Part shown: positions 37,677-49,744 of the stretch, piece by piece
Layout of the letters: every line of letters starts with the position of its first letter
Position numbering within the stretch: the stretch's first letter is position 1
DNA from: Macrostomum lignano
Taxonomy: Eukaryota
Assembly: GCA_002269645.1 (NCBI GenBank)
Contig: NIVC01000566.1
Coordinates: 372,001-436,000 of the forward strand
DNA length: 64,000 bases
Direction of reading: 5' to 3'
Position numbers and translations under genes: made by a program
Notes under the pieces: generated by a model
Databases searched by the model: none
Told to the model about the DNA's origin: nothing
What the model saw: the letters and a program-made list of their open reading frames with translations, nothing else

Positions 37677-39621
37677 TGCAATATAATAATAATAATAATA
37701 ATAATAATAGTAGTAAAAGATAAGAAAAATATAATAAGTTGAAGAAGTTGGCTCGTATCTTAACAGACTTGTACCTGCGAGAGATGTCTAATTTATAGGC
37801 TTGAATTGTCTACTGAACTGGTTTAGACAGGTTGGCTTTATCGTGTGAATTGAGTGGTCTTAGGGCTTAAGCCTTTGCTAGCTAGAGAGATGCATGTGCC
37901 GTGGAAAGCCCCTATGCGGTGTGACTTTTGATTCTATTGCGCAATTCATTATGACTGACCTGCGCTGCAGGGTACATCTGATTGTGGGCGCAGGTAAGTC
38001 TTGGGGTTTTAGAGAAGCCAAAAATTGAATGATATGAGCATTAAAAGAGTCGGTACAAATCCACCCCACTGAAATGAAATGCACTGCGCAGAGATAAGAG
38101 AAAGTGCGGGTTGAACCTTTAGGGTGCTGTGACTATGCGATTTGTAGTTACGATAGGAGTCTGCTGGTTATCACAAATGATATACATGTAGCTATTGGGG
38201 CGTGTATCACGTCTTTGCCCATTTCGTTTTTTTGTTATGTATGGTATATAAATATAATCAATTGTCTCTTTTAGGTAACATTTCAATGCTTGACACTTTC
38301 AATTTGTAAGTAAATAAGTTTCTTCAAGTATGGCAAGTTTGCACTTTATATTTACAGCATATTTATGTACAGTGATGAAGCAATGTGTTAAAATTAAGAA
38401 GCAAGCAAATAGTAATGATTCAGTAGAACTTTCAGCGCGTTGACGATTTCTAAATTGAGACTTTCAGCAGTGCCACATTATTGCGGAAATTCTGGAAATT
38501 GCTTAGATAACCAATTATGGTTGCATTTTTTGGAGGAATGTCGCTGATTTAGTTCTACTGCTAAAGTGTAGGTCAAATTATATACAATGATGAAGAGATG
38601 ACTGTACATTGAATGTGTTACTTACAAATGCATATGGAGCTTTGGAAATCATGAAATGATGCGATGGTGTATAAACAAAGGATTGACGAAAGATATGTAC
38701 AATTAATAATGGCATAGAAGAGTCAAACAGATAAAGAGGCGGTCTGTGATTATGTACAATTATGTACAGAGTAATGTACAGAGAGAGTATGTACAGAGCA
38801 CACAATATAATTTTTAAATTATCCTTAGATTGGCCTAAAACTATTTTAACTTTTTGCTATGCTACCTAAAGACTTTAAAGCTATCGGTTTTAGAATTTAA
38901 ATTACTTGATTTTATAGACAATGCACCCGATCGAACAATGAAAAATGTGATGAATAATGGTCTATTAATATTTATAGCGAAGCAGAGCGCGCTCGAAGCT
39001 GCAGCTGAACTGATTGCGGCTCCAACGATACCCGCCACTGATTGACAACTTGCTGTCCAGGGAAGTCGCGGGAGGCGTCCTCTGCATCCAGCACGGCGAT
39101 CCCCAGATCCCGGAGCAGCTGCGGGTCGCAATGGACAGCATCGGCCGGCCGACGGCGCATTCAGCTCTGGCCGATTATGTGGCAGGTCGCTGGAGTCCTG
39201 TTGGCTCGTGCAGCTCCGAAGGAGAGAGGAGAGGCGATCTTTTAAGCACAAAGTCAAATATTAGTCCCCAAATATTTTATTTGCTGAGCTAAAGGTTATT
39301 TTGCTAATCCTGATCGGGTGCTACAAATTATGGACATTTATGGTCTTCTAGCCTGCAGTCTTTAGCTGAGATAAACTAATGTATGAGTGATCAAATCAGT
39401 TATGCAATCTGACTATGCCTTTTATTGCTTAAATAACTCTATTCTTATTTATGGGCATTAGATAAGGATGGAAGAATTTGTGTTTTTAATTGGAGAATTG
39501 CTCCGAAGCTCTAAATTTATATGTAGAGTAGTTGCTTCTAGTAGCAATTATAATTCAGCCAAAGCTGCAGTCCAGACTAAAATGAGACAAATCCATCAAA
39601 AGAGGACAAACCCGGTCACTT

Positions 39622-42600
39622 TCACGCGCTGTTATGCCTGCGAAGCAGCTGCCGTAGGACAACGTTGCGCGTGCGTCCACCTGGAGCTCGAACTCGCACG
39701 CCTGCTGCGCTCCGCGCACGACTCAATGCCACGTACAGCATGCCATGCTGGAAGCACGCCGTCGTCAGATCGACAGCGTATGTGCTTAGCGATTGGCCCT
39801 GGCTCTTGTGGATGGTCATAGCGAAGCACGGATGAATCGGAAACTGCAGGCGGCGAAACTTGATCGATACTTCGACGGGGTTCGACTCCAGTGGGATCCG
39901 CGGGATGAATACTTCGCGTCCGCGAAACTGGCCGCAAGCGATCTCTGCCAGCAGCACGTTGTCCCGCAGATCGCGAAGAAGCAACCGGGTTCCGTTGCAC
40001 AGCAGCGGCGGGTCAATGTTCCTCATCATCATGACCGGCATGCCGGCCTTGAGCTCCAGCCGGTGATGAGGCAGACCGCTGGGATCCAGCCGGTTGAGCA
40101 GCTCCGGCGGGAAGTTAGTCGCTGCTGTGTCGTCGTGCGGGATCGAGTCTACAGACAGGTAAACTCGGCTCGTTCCAGGAAAGAGCGCAAGGCAGGCGGC
40201 GTTGGCCTCGTCCACCGTCTTGTTGTGCGGAGCCAGGATGCTGCGCTCGGCGAACATCTGATCGCGCTGGACGCTCGCCTCGAAGGACGGGTAGACTTGG
40301 CAAATGAGCTGCTCGGTGGTTGTGTCATCAGGCAAGAGAATGTCGCTAGGCAACGCAATCAAGCCCTCTTCATCCTCCGGCAGCTCTCCGTTGCCAACCT
40401 GGAGTATCGGAATTTGATGGGGAAATTACTTTTCAACAAAAATTGAATAGTCATTTAAAAAAATCTGATACTCACCTGCATCAGGAAATCAGCGTAGCTT
40501 TCGGAAGCGGAGCCACCTTCCAACCGCAGATTCCTCGAGAGGTGGTGCTGGCGAAAGTGCGGCCACAATGCGGACCGACTCAGGCAGGCATCGATACTGT
40601 TTGCCTGCGTTCCTCCCGGCACAACAGCCAGCAGTTGTCGGAAGTCACCAGCCATCACCAGCAGCGCTCCTCCGAACGGCCGCTCGACTCGAAGCAGATC
40701 CCGCAGCGAACGCTCAAAGACTTCCAGGTCCTTGCGATGCGTCATTGGCGCCTCGTCCCAGACGATGAGGCGGTTGCTACGCAGCAACGCAGCCAGCCTG
40801 CTCTGATGGCCAATGGAGCAGAAGGCGTTGTCCTGTCGCACCGCACAGACCGGAATCTTAAACCTGAGATTTTTTATGCAAAGGGAAGTTTACTTGCCTT
40901 CATTTTTTGATAAATACAAAGGTGAATTTTTAATCCTTATTACTAAAAGGTGTTTAATACTGAGACGAAACTGAAATATTCGGAAAGAAACTTGCATCGA
41001 ATGAGCCGTCCGACCCTCTGGCAAAATGGTCGCTGCAATGCCAGACGATGCGACAGCAATTGCAGGCTGGCGTGCAGCACGGACGGCCTGTAGAAGCAGC
41101 GTCAATAGAAAGGTCTTGCCAGTGCCGCCGGGAGCGTCGACAAAGTGGAGCCCCCCTTGTTTGGCAGACCAATCGGCCATCACGGCGTCGAAAACGCTTC
41201 GCTGCTCTACAGTCAGCATGCCGACCTGGGCATCGACTTTGATTTGGAGCTCGGCAGCCTCCAGCGGGGTCAACAGACAGTCGGAGACTGGGTGCTGAGG
41301 AGGGAGGTTGGATAGATAATAGATTTGTATAGATTGAGCTGCAAATTTGGAAAATGTGTCAGGAAAATAAAACAGCACGATTACCTGATCCGGCTCAGCT
41401 GGTGGCTCTGGCAGGCCGTAGACGGAGAGCGGCGATCCGTCCATGACCTCTAGAAGGCGCTCCAACTCGCGCAGCACGCTGCCCTCGGCAGCCTCTGTGC
41501 TGTAGCCTTGGTGCAGCAGGTCGGCAGCCATTTCTTTGACGAACTCCTGCCAGAGCTTCAAGGGGTCGCTGGGATCGCCGTGTGCCAGAATGGCAGCAAA
41601 CAGCCGGCGTAGAGCCACTGGCATTCGAGTCTCGGCGGCCTCGCGCAAGCAGAGACGCCAGTGGTTGTCGTCCTCGAGCAGTCCCCGAGCCTGGCAGGCA
41701 GCTTTGAAGGTCGGTAGAAGAACGCCGTCTACAGTGCGCAGCGACTCGAACGATGTCGGGCCGGGCACATTTACCAGCAGCAGTCGCAGATAGAAACACT
41801 GGCCCATCCTCGGGCTCACAGTGTAGACTCGGCCGATGTTGCCGGTCGTCAGCACATCAGCTGGTTGGCCGGCTGTGACGCGGCCTCGTCTAGCGCGGTG
41901 CCACTGGTGGGCCTGCCGGTCCCAGGTGAAGTGACGCGGCACATTCTGGTACAGCAGACCTTGGGCGACGGCGTCTTGGCGGCAAAGCTGGGAATGTGAG
42001 AGTTCAGTTTAGAGCATTGATGATGATATCAGAGTTTTTCAAATATAATATTTGCTAGCTGCTCAAATGCACTATTTTCAAAAATGAATAAATAACTCAC
42101 ATCAAAGAAGGCAGTCAAGGTCGTTGGCTTTGGCTGGGCGGCAACAGCCTGTGCCATCTCTGGGGTGAAGTACACCAGCTGGTCGTTTGGCATGTGAACG
42201 GCAAGCCTGATCACAGCGGGGTACCGGCTGTGCACCTCGAAGCCCAGGATTGTGTTGACTGCTTCAGTCGGACCGATGAACCTGCCCAAAAGGTACTCCT
42301 TGATCTCGTCTCGGCCCTTCTTTGCCTCCTTCGCCGCCTGGTGGGGCACGGTCGTCTGGCTCCCTGCAGCGGCGGCGTTCTGCTCGACCTTCGAGGATGA
42401 AGCCTGCTCCTTCTGTAGCTGGAAGGCAGCCATGTCGCTACCCTTCATCACATATTTGACGACGTATTTAATCGCCCGCACAGTCGCACAAATCTCGACA
42501 TTCAAGTGACAGCGAAACTCGCGAAGCAACGCCGGGCAGTAGGGCACCACCCAGCGGTTGTCGAACTCAAAAGTTCGTCGGCCTTCGCGCAGCTTCGCAA

Positions 42601-45597
42601 TCTTTGTCGCCTTGAATCCGCCCATCTCGACAGATCGGCGACGATAGTGCGGGTAGCCGTCCTCCTGGACGATCGTGTCGGCCAGGAACTCCCTCGGGTA
42701 GCGCTTGCTGCACTTTCCGTTTTCCATGCACGACGCGGTGGAGTTGAGCTGCTGCCCGCAGGGACCATGCAGCATGTGCTCCACGACCAGCTTGTGCAAG
42801 TCAGCGTCGGCGATGGGATCCGGGATCTCCGCGCTGATGATGGAGTCGTACTGGTCGGGCCTCAGCTTGACTGCCAGCCAAAGCAGCACGTGCACGTGGG
42901 GAAGGCCTGTGAAGTTGCAAAAAGGAAGTGAAGTAGGAAAAAAAATGCACGACTACAAATTTTGCTTCATCAGAAAGAAATCAACTTTTCATCAATGACT
43001 ATAAACTCACCTCGCTTCTGATACTCGAGCGAGCAGACTCGAGCCAGCGCGTCACCAAACAGGCTCTTCAGCCTGTTCAGGAAGGCCTTCTTCTTCAGCT
43101 CAAACACCCGGGCGGTGATGTCCGGCCGGTCCACGGCACTTTGTCCCGGAAACAGCTCAGCGAGGATCTCAGGCCACTTCGGATTGCACGTCATGGTTAG
43201 AAACAGGTCTGGGCGGCCAAAGGCGTGAACGTACGCCATGGCATCCTGTTGCCTTTCCAGACGGTACCGAGGGCCTCCAACATAGGTTGATGTCAGGATG
43301 ACGTGCTGCCCGATGTCGACGCCCGTCAGGTCGATGTCTCTCGGGTCCCCGTCATCGGCATGCAGAGCGTCACGCAGGCCACGCAGGCGCTCTGACATCA
43401 GATCCTTCTGATGCTGACGGATGTAGTTAAGCCGCTCCGACTCTAACTTGGCAGCCATGTCAACCAAGTACTGCTGAAAGAGTCTGCGGCCATGGAGCAG
43501 GCTGTTGAATTGACCTGGTCGCACCTGAATCATGAAGGCGTAGAACTTCATGGCGGTGATGTGCTGGTCATCCTTGAGGCCGATGTGCCAGCCGTCCTCG
43601 CCGTATGGAAACAAAAGAATGTATTCCATCGGGTCATAGGAACGGTGCGTCTCGCAGATGTCGCGAATACCTAATGTAGTTGAGTTTTTGCTGATGCAAG
43701 TGAATATGAATAAGCTATAAATATGTCAATTATCAAGATGAAGAATTAAATTTGATCTCATTTGTCCATTGAAAGAACGCAATAGCTTTCCATTAAATAA
43801 AGCTTCCAAGAAAACTCACCACCGCCTTTCAAGCGCAGAATCACGTCGCGCCGTTGCGCTTGAATCCCGCCTTCAGCGTCGCCAAGGTCCACCAGAATGC
43901 CGACCTCGCTGCACTCGGGAAGATTAAATCGCCGAACATGTTCCCGAGGGGGCCGGGCATCGGGGCTGAGCACAACCTGGGCGCTCTGCAGCCGCGGATC
44001 GTCTCGCAGCAGCTCGACTGCGCTCTTCAGGCTGCGCACGTAGCCGTTGTGCTGGTGCAAAACGGCCTGCAGCTCCTCCAGCAATCCGCTGTTCAGCCCG
44101 GTAGCCCATTGCAGTCTGGTCTGCAGCTCTTCATCGACAAAGAAGACCTGGCAGAACCTGGCGACTTCCCCCGGGTTTGGCAACAGACTGCCAATGCGAT
44201 GGTGCAACTGGCCATGCAGGATGAAGCTCGGGTTCCACCCTGGTTGCTCCAGCTGCTTGGCACCGAGGGAAGTCAGGTGCAGCGCGCCGTTGTACTTCCG
44301 GATGTTCTCCAGGAAGTGGCGACTTCGCGGATCCTCCCAGTCAGAAGGCGCTTCAGAATCTCAGGGGGGTCCCGGCGCGCATCCAGGTGAGTCTGCGAGG
44401 AAAATGTTTAGCTTTAGTTTTAAATTAAAAGAATTAATTAAATTAAATTAATTAAAGGAATTAGCTTTCGATCTCAGTTTATCAAATAATTAGAAATCAC
44501 ACTAAATTGGAAAAAATCTTTTAGTTTAACGGGCAATGTCAAAATAATTTTACACAGATTTCATCGCGAAAAGAAACAATCATAAAAGGATTCTCACCTT
44601 TCCGGAGTTGCAGCACATGCTGGCCAGCTCGCCTTGCCATCGGAGAGCGTGGCAATGAGGGCACTGCACATCCATTCGACCCAGATTATGGCTTGCAGCG
44701 GGTTGCCTAAGGAATTAATGAGAGAATTCACAAAAAGTGTGAATGATAATGAAATAAATTTTAAAGAGTGATGGAATCAATCCTGCAAGAACAGAACTGA
44801 GTAGCTGAAAAAGATGTCAGTAACCGTATCTGCAGCACTCACGTTTGCCTCCGTTGATTTGCCGCTGTCAGGCGAATGACCCGCTGCTCAGCAGTTTCCG
44901 CGACTCGAGCCGTCTGATGCGTTGCCCGACGGGATTCTAACTGCGCATCATGTTGCTCAGCTGGCTCGGCAGCTCGGAGCAGCTGCTCGGCTTCGCGGCG
45001 CTGCTGAAGCCGCTCCTCTCGCTGATCAGCTGGCTCGGAGTCCCGGAGCAGCTGCTGAGCTTCGCGGCGCTGCTGAAGCCGCTCCTCTCGCTGATCAGCT
45101 GGCTCGGAGTCCCGGAGCAGCTGCTGAGCATCGCGGAGCTGCTCAAGCCGCTCCACTCGCTGATCAGCTGGCTCGAAGTCCCGGAGCAGCTGCTGAGCAT
45201 CGCGGCGCTGCTCAAGACGCTCCTCTCGCTGCTCAGCTGGCTCGGCTGCTCGGACCAGCTTCTCGGCTTCGCGGCGCTGCTCAAGTCGCTCCTCTCGCTG
45301 AACAGCTGGCTCGGAGTCTCGGAGCAGCTGCTGAGCTTCGCGGCGCTGCTCAAGCCGGGCACTGCGTCGAAGCCGAGTTTCAGCTGAGCGAGCGGTCTGC
45401 TCCTGCTGACGCCGGGACTGCAGCCTTTCTTCACGCTGGACCTCCCCCTCATCGTCCAAGCGTTTATTCTTCGCTTCCCTTACCTTCTGCAGCCGAGCTT
45501 CCCGGTCAGCAGAGCTCTCCTCTCTGCGCTTCTTCTTCGCCTTTGAAGCATTCCGCGCACTACTCGCGAACGATGCACCTCTGCTTCGCTTGGGCAT
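39622..45597 (-). CDS. Helitron RepHel, right copy; 1-nt deletion frameshift in exon 3 (or sequencing error)
   Basis: Mirror of 16674-22650. G4 at 17933-17936 corresponds to only C3 at 44336-44338. Confidence 0.9.
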
Positions 45598-46699
45598 ATT
45601 GAATGATGAGAAATGAGAAGCTATGAGAAAGCTAGAACCTAAATGAAAAATAAGTTATGAAGACTTTGACTTGAGAAGCACCAGTTTATATGGAATTCAA
45701 TCATAGGAGAGTTGAAAAATCAATGAGCTTTCGCTATTTGGACTGTGTACACTGCGGTGATTCATTTATTTAATCTCAATATTATCTCCAGCCAATCACT
45801 CAATATGAAAATCAGTCTATAGCCCATGCACCTCCCCAAATGCACAGGGAGAGTCTAGGCTTGTGCACATTGCACAGTCAGAATTGAAATTAATGAAACC
45901 CCTCCCCAGCCACTTAACGTTTTCACAATTGAAATCAAGAAATTTTCTATGACCAATTGCTCTGATGCAGTTGAGATTTCGGAACAGAAAATTATACCAT
46001 TCTGTTCAGTTTTTCAAACTCTTTCCAACGGTGTGATTCACTTTTCTGTAGCTTCAAAATTGAAAGCAGAAATTAAGGTGCAAGTTTTCCCGTTTCTTAC
46101 TTACAGAGCGCAATGTACACTCGGAGTTAAAATCAAGCCAATCCATTCTCGCGCAGTGTGCACCTCCACCCCATTTTAACACTGAGCAAGTAGGCAGGCC
46201 CGACCGCCGCCAACCAATTCTCGTCTCAAATGCCGGTACCCCTCCCACAGCTGAAATGAAATACACTGCAGAGATAGGAGAAAAGTTGTGGCGCAACCAT
46301 ACAAAATAGCGCCAAGTCCATGGAATGCGATATATAGACATCTGGTTGTCTGGTTTGTGCTGTTTTCTGCTTTTTTGAAGCACTTAAAATTGAAATTTGA
46401 AAATGAATTTTAAACTGTAGCATCGTCGGGACATTTGACATGTTTTGGTACCGGTTTGAAAGTTGAGTTGCAAGAATCCTAGGAGGAGATCGTCGACAAA
46501 CCCGGCCCACCGGCCCACCCTACCACCGGACCACGACGTCAGCTTTAGTAAAGAGACGAGTGGAACTCCTCCTCTGGAGGAGAAAGGGGAAGAACTCCCA
46601 TCACCGGAATTCTGAAGGGGAAGAACTCCTATCAGCTGAAATTCAATGAATTGAATCCCATCTTCCAAATCATCTCCAAATCCTCTACAATCTATCAAC

Positions 46700-47760
46700 T
46701 CCCATCTCTCATCTCTTGCGCCCTGCGCTCTGATTTTTATTTTTACTCTCTTCTTTCTCCTCACTAATTACTCCTCTCTACACTTTCATCTCTCTCATCT
46801 CTGATCTTTCATCTCTCTTCTCCCTCCTCTCTCCCTTCTCTCGCTTCTCTCTCTCCTCTATTCCTACTCTTCTCGCTTATCTCTTCTCTCTCATATCTCA
46901 TGTCTACTCCCTTATTTATCTCTTCTCCCTCGCCTTTCGTCTGTACCCTCTCCTGTCTACTCTCATATCTTCTCTCTTATCTCTCCCCTTTTCTCTCCTC
47001 TCTCATATCTCATCTCTACTCACTTATCTATCGTCTCCGCTCTACTTTCTCTCTTCCCTTTTCTCTCTTCTCTCTGCTTTCATTACTCGTATCTCTTATA
47101 CGCTCTCACCCTCTCCTTTCTTATCTACCATCTTTCTTCCCTTTCTACTGCATCACCTGTCTCCTCTCCTCTCTTTTCTCTCCTCTCCATTCCCTCTTCT
47201 CTCCTCTTATCTCCCCTCATCTCTTCTCTAATCTCTCCTCTCTCCTCTCTCATATCTCTTCTCTACTCACTTATCTATTCTCTCTCCCCTTTTACACTTT
47301 CCTATATGCTCTCACTCTCACCCTCTCCTTTCTTATATCCTGTTTTTTTTACACTCTTTTCTATCACCTGTCTCCTCTCGTTTCTCTACTCTCTGCACTC
47401 TCATCTTTACCCTCTTCTTTCTCCTCACTACTTTCTTCTCTTGAATCTCTGATCTCTGATCTTTCATCTCTCTCCTCTCACCTCTCACCTCTCTTCTCTC
47501 TTTCCTCTCTTTTATTGCCTCTAAACGCTCTTATCCCTCCTTTCTTTTCTCTCCTGTCTCCTCTCTGCTATCTCATATCTCCTCTCTCATATCCTCTCCC
47601 TTCATCTCCTCTCTCCTCTTCTCTTTTCTCTTCCTTCGTTCCCGCCTTACTCCCCTCTTCTCTCCCATCTGTCATGTCTAATCTCTCCATTCATTTCTAC
47701 TCTGTTTTCTATCATCTCATCTCTCTTCTCTTTTCATTCTTCTCTTTACTCTCTTCTCTG
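46700..47760. repeat. CT-rich low-complexity tract (unit 2)
   Basis: Pyrimidine-rich plus strand; homologous tract at ~49900-50620. Confidence 0.9.
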
Positions 47761-47799
47761 ACTGATTGAAGATGCCAAATCCATCAAGATCCTCTCCGC

Positions 47800-48150
47800 G
47801 AAGCAGAAAAATCCTGTCCGTGCAACTGAAAACCATCGAAATCCTCTCCGTGAAACTGGACTCCTTCGAAATCCTCTCCTTGAAACTTAAATCCATCAAA
47901 ATGGTCTCCATAAAACAGAAATCAATCATAAATTATCTCCGCGAAACAGAAATCCTCTCCGTGAAGCTGAACATCATCGAAATCCTCTCCGTGAAACTGA
48001 ACATCATCGAAATCCTTTCCACGAAAGTGAACGCCATCGAAATCCTCTCCACGAAACTGAACACCATCGAAATCCTCTCCACGAAACAGAAATCCTCTTC
48101 GTCAAAATTAAAACATTGAAATCGTCTCCGCTAAACTGGACTCAATCGAA
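47800..48150. repeat. 30-bp tandem repeat GAAACTGAACATCATCGAAATCCTCTCCGT (unit 2)
   Basis: 10-aa periodicity ILSVKLNIIE in the ORF track; homologous array at ~50650-50970. Confidence 0.88.
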
Positions 48151-48187
48151 TTTTTTCCGTCAAACAACTCAACTCTCCGGATTCATT

Positions 48188-48217
48188 GGTTAGGGTTAGG
48201 GTTAGGGTTAGGGTTAG
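48188..48217. repeat. Interstitial telomere-like (TTAGGG)n
   Basis: GGTTAGGGTTAGGGTTAGGGTTAGGGTTAG. Confidence 0.9.
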
Positions 48218-49744
48218 AACTACGCACAGGTTTGTGTTAAAAGGCACTAATAAAAATATTGAACTAATTGAATCAATTCATTGCGCAACTGATTTCACAG
48301 TCAGTCAGTCAATCTAAATCAACCCTCCAATACACAGCAGCAGTGAGAAGTTGAACCCTCCCCCAACTTTATCTATTACGTCTCGCAAAACTGAGTACAA
48401 TTTTTGCAGAAAGTTAAAAGTATGGAAATAGTTTTTCAAATGCTGTGCTTTTTCTTTTCATATTTAAAGCAAACAACTTTTATCCCCGAACTCAGCGTTG
48501 CAAGATCTTTCCAGCAATATAAGTTTCTCCTCTCAAAGTTTAAAACTCGAGGAACAGTTAGCGTTTGAAATTTACCGATTTCCCGACTTCTTGCTAGAGA
48601 AGCTCGCAAGTTTATTCATTGAATTTCACTTCCCAGCTAATACACAGGGCCGATAATAAAACCAATTGAATCTCGGCACAGTTCTATCTATCTTTTTACA
48701 CTGTACAACAGCTATGTACACTCAGTCCAAGCCCAACCCCCGTTACGGGGGAAGCATTAAATTTAACTCAACCGCCAACACGCGGGGGGTTTTATTTGCA
48801 TTGAACGTAGAACACGCGCACCCACCACCCCTCAATACACAGCGGCCCGCGGGCGGAGGTTGGGGTGGCTATTTTTACAAACAGGCTGAAGCCCCAGGCA
48901 GAGTGGCAAAAGAAGGTTATTGGGGGTCAAAAAAGCAGTTTACACTGCGGTGATTCATTTATTTAATCTCAATATTATCTCCAGCCAATCACTCAATATG
49001 AAAATCAGTCTATAGCCCATGTACCTCCCCAAATGCACAGGGAGAGTCTAGGCTTGTGCATTGCACAGTCAGAATTGAAATTAATGAAACCCCTCCCCTG
49101 CCACTTAACGTTTTCACAATTGAAATCAAGAAATTTTCTATGACAAATTGCTCTGATGCAGTTGAGATTTCGGAACAGAAAATTATACCATTCTGTTCAG
49201 TTTTTCAAACTCTTTCCAACGGTGTGATTCACTTTTCTGTAGCTTGAAAATTAAAAGCAGAAATTAAGGTGCAAGTTTTCCCGTTTCTTACTTGCAGAGC
49301 GCAATGTACACTCTGTGATGAGTTAAAAAATCAAGCCATCCATTCTCGCGCAGTGTGCACCTCCACCCCTTTTTAACACTGAGCAAGTAGGCCGCCAATT
49401 CTCAAGTGCCGGCGACCCTCCCCCAGCTGAAATGAAATACACTGCAGAGATAGGAGAAAAGTTGTGGCGCAACCATACAAAATAGCGTCAAGTGGGAAGT
49501 CCATGGAATGCGATATATAGACATCTGGTCTGGCTGTCTGGTTTGTGCTGTTTTCTGCTTTTTTGAAGCACTTAAAATTGAAATTTGAAAATGAATTTTA
49601 AATTGTAGCATCGTCGGGACATTTGACATGTTTTGGTACCGGTTTGAAAGTTGAGTTGCAAGAATCCTAGGAGGAGATCGTCGACAAACCCGGCCCACCG
49701 GCCCACCCTACCACCGGACCACGACGTCAGCTTTAGTATATAGA

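Larger units (their letters stand above)
36427..46556 (-). mobile_element. Autonomous Helitron, right copy (10,130 bp), inverted relative to left copy
   Basis: Reverse complement of 15715-25845; coordinates map as x+y=62271/62272; same termini. Confidence 0.96.
46557..49744 (-). mobile_element. Non-autonomous chimeric Helitron unit 2 (3188 bp)
   Basis: 5' TCTATATACTAAAG at 49744 with ~800 bp shared with the autonomous 5' end. 3' CTCCTCC-AGA-GGAGGAG-TTCCA-CTCG at 46557. The middle holds a telomere-like run, a 30-bp repeat and a CT-rich tract. Confidence 0.88.

Noticed and set aside
15715-46556. Helentron/Helitron2 classification
   Set aside because: Termini are TC...hairpin-CTCG, with no asymmetric subterminal inverted repeats or endonuclease domain seen.
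15715-46556. Simple fold-back read chimera or breakage-fusion-bridge palindrome as the sole explanation
   Set aside because: The arms stop at element termini, differ at several bases, have different outer neighbours and enclose a non-palindromic 10.6-kb spacer. Read-level confirmation is still needed.
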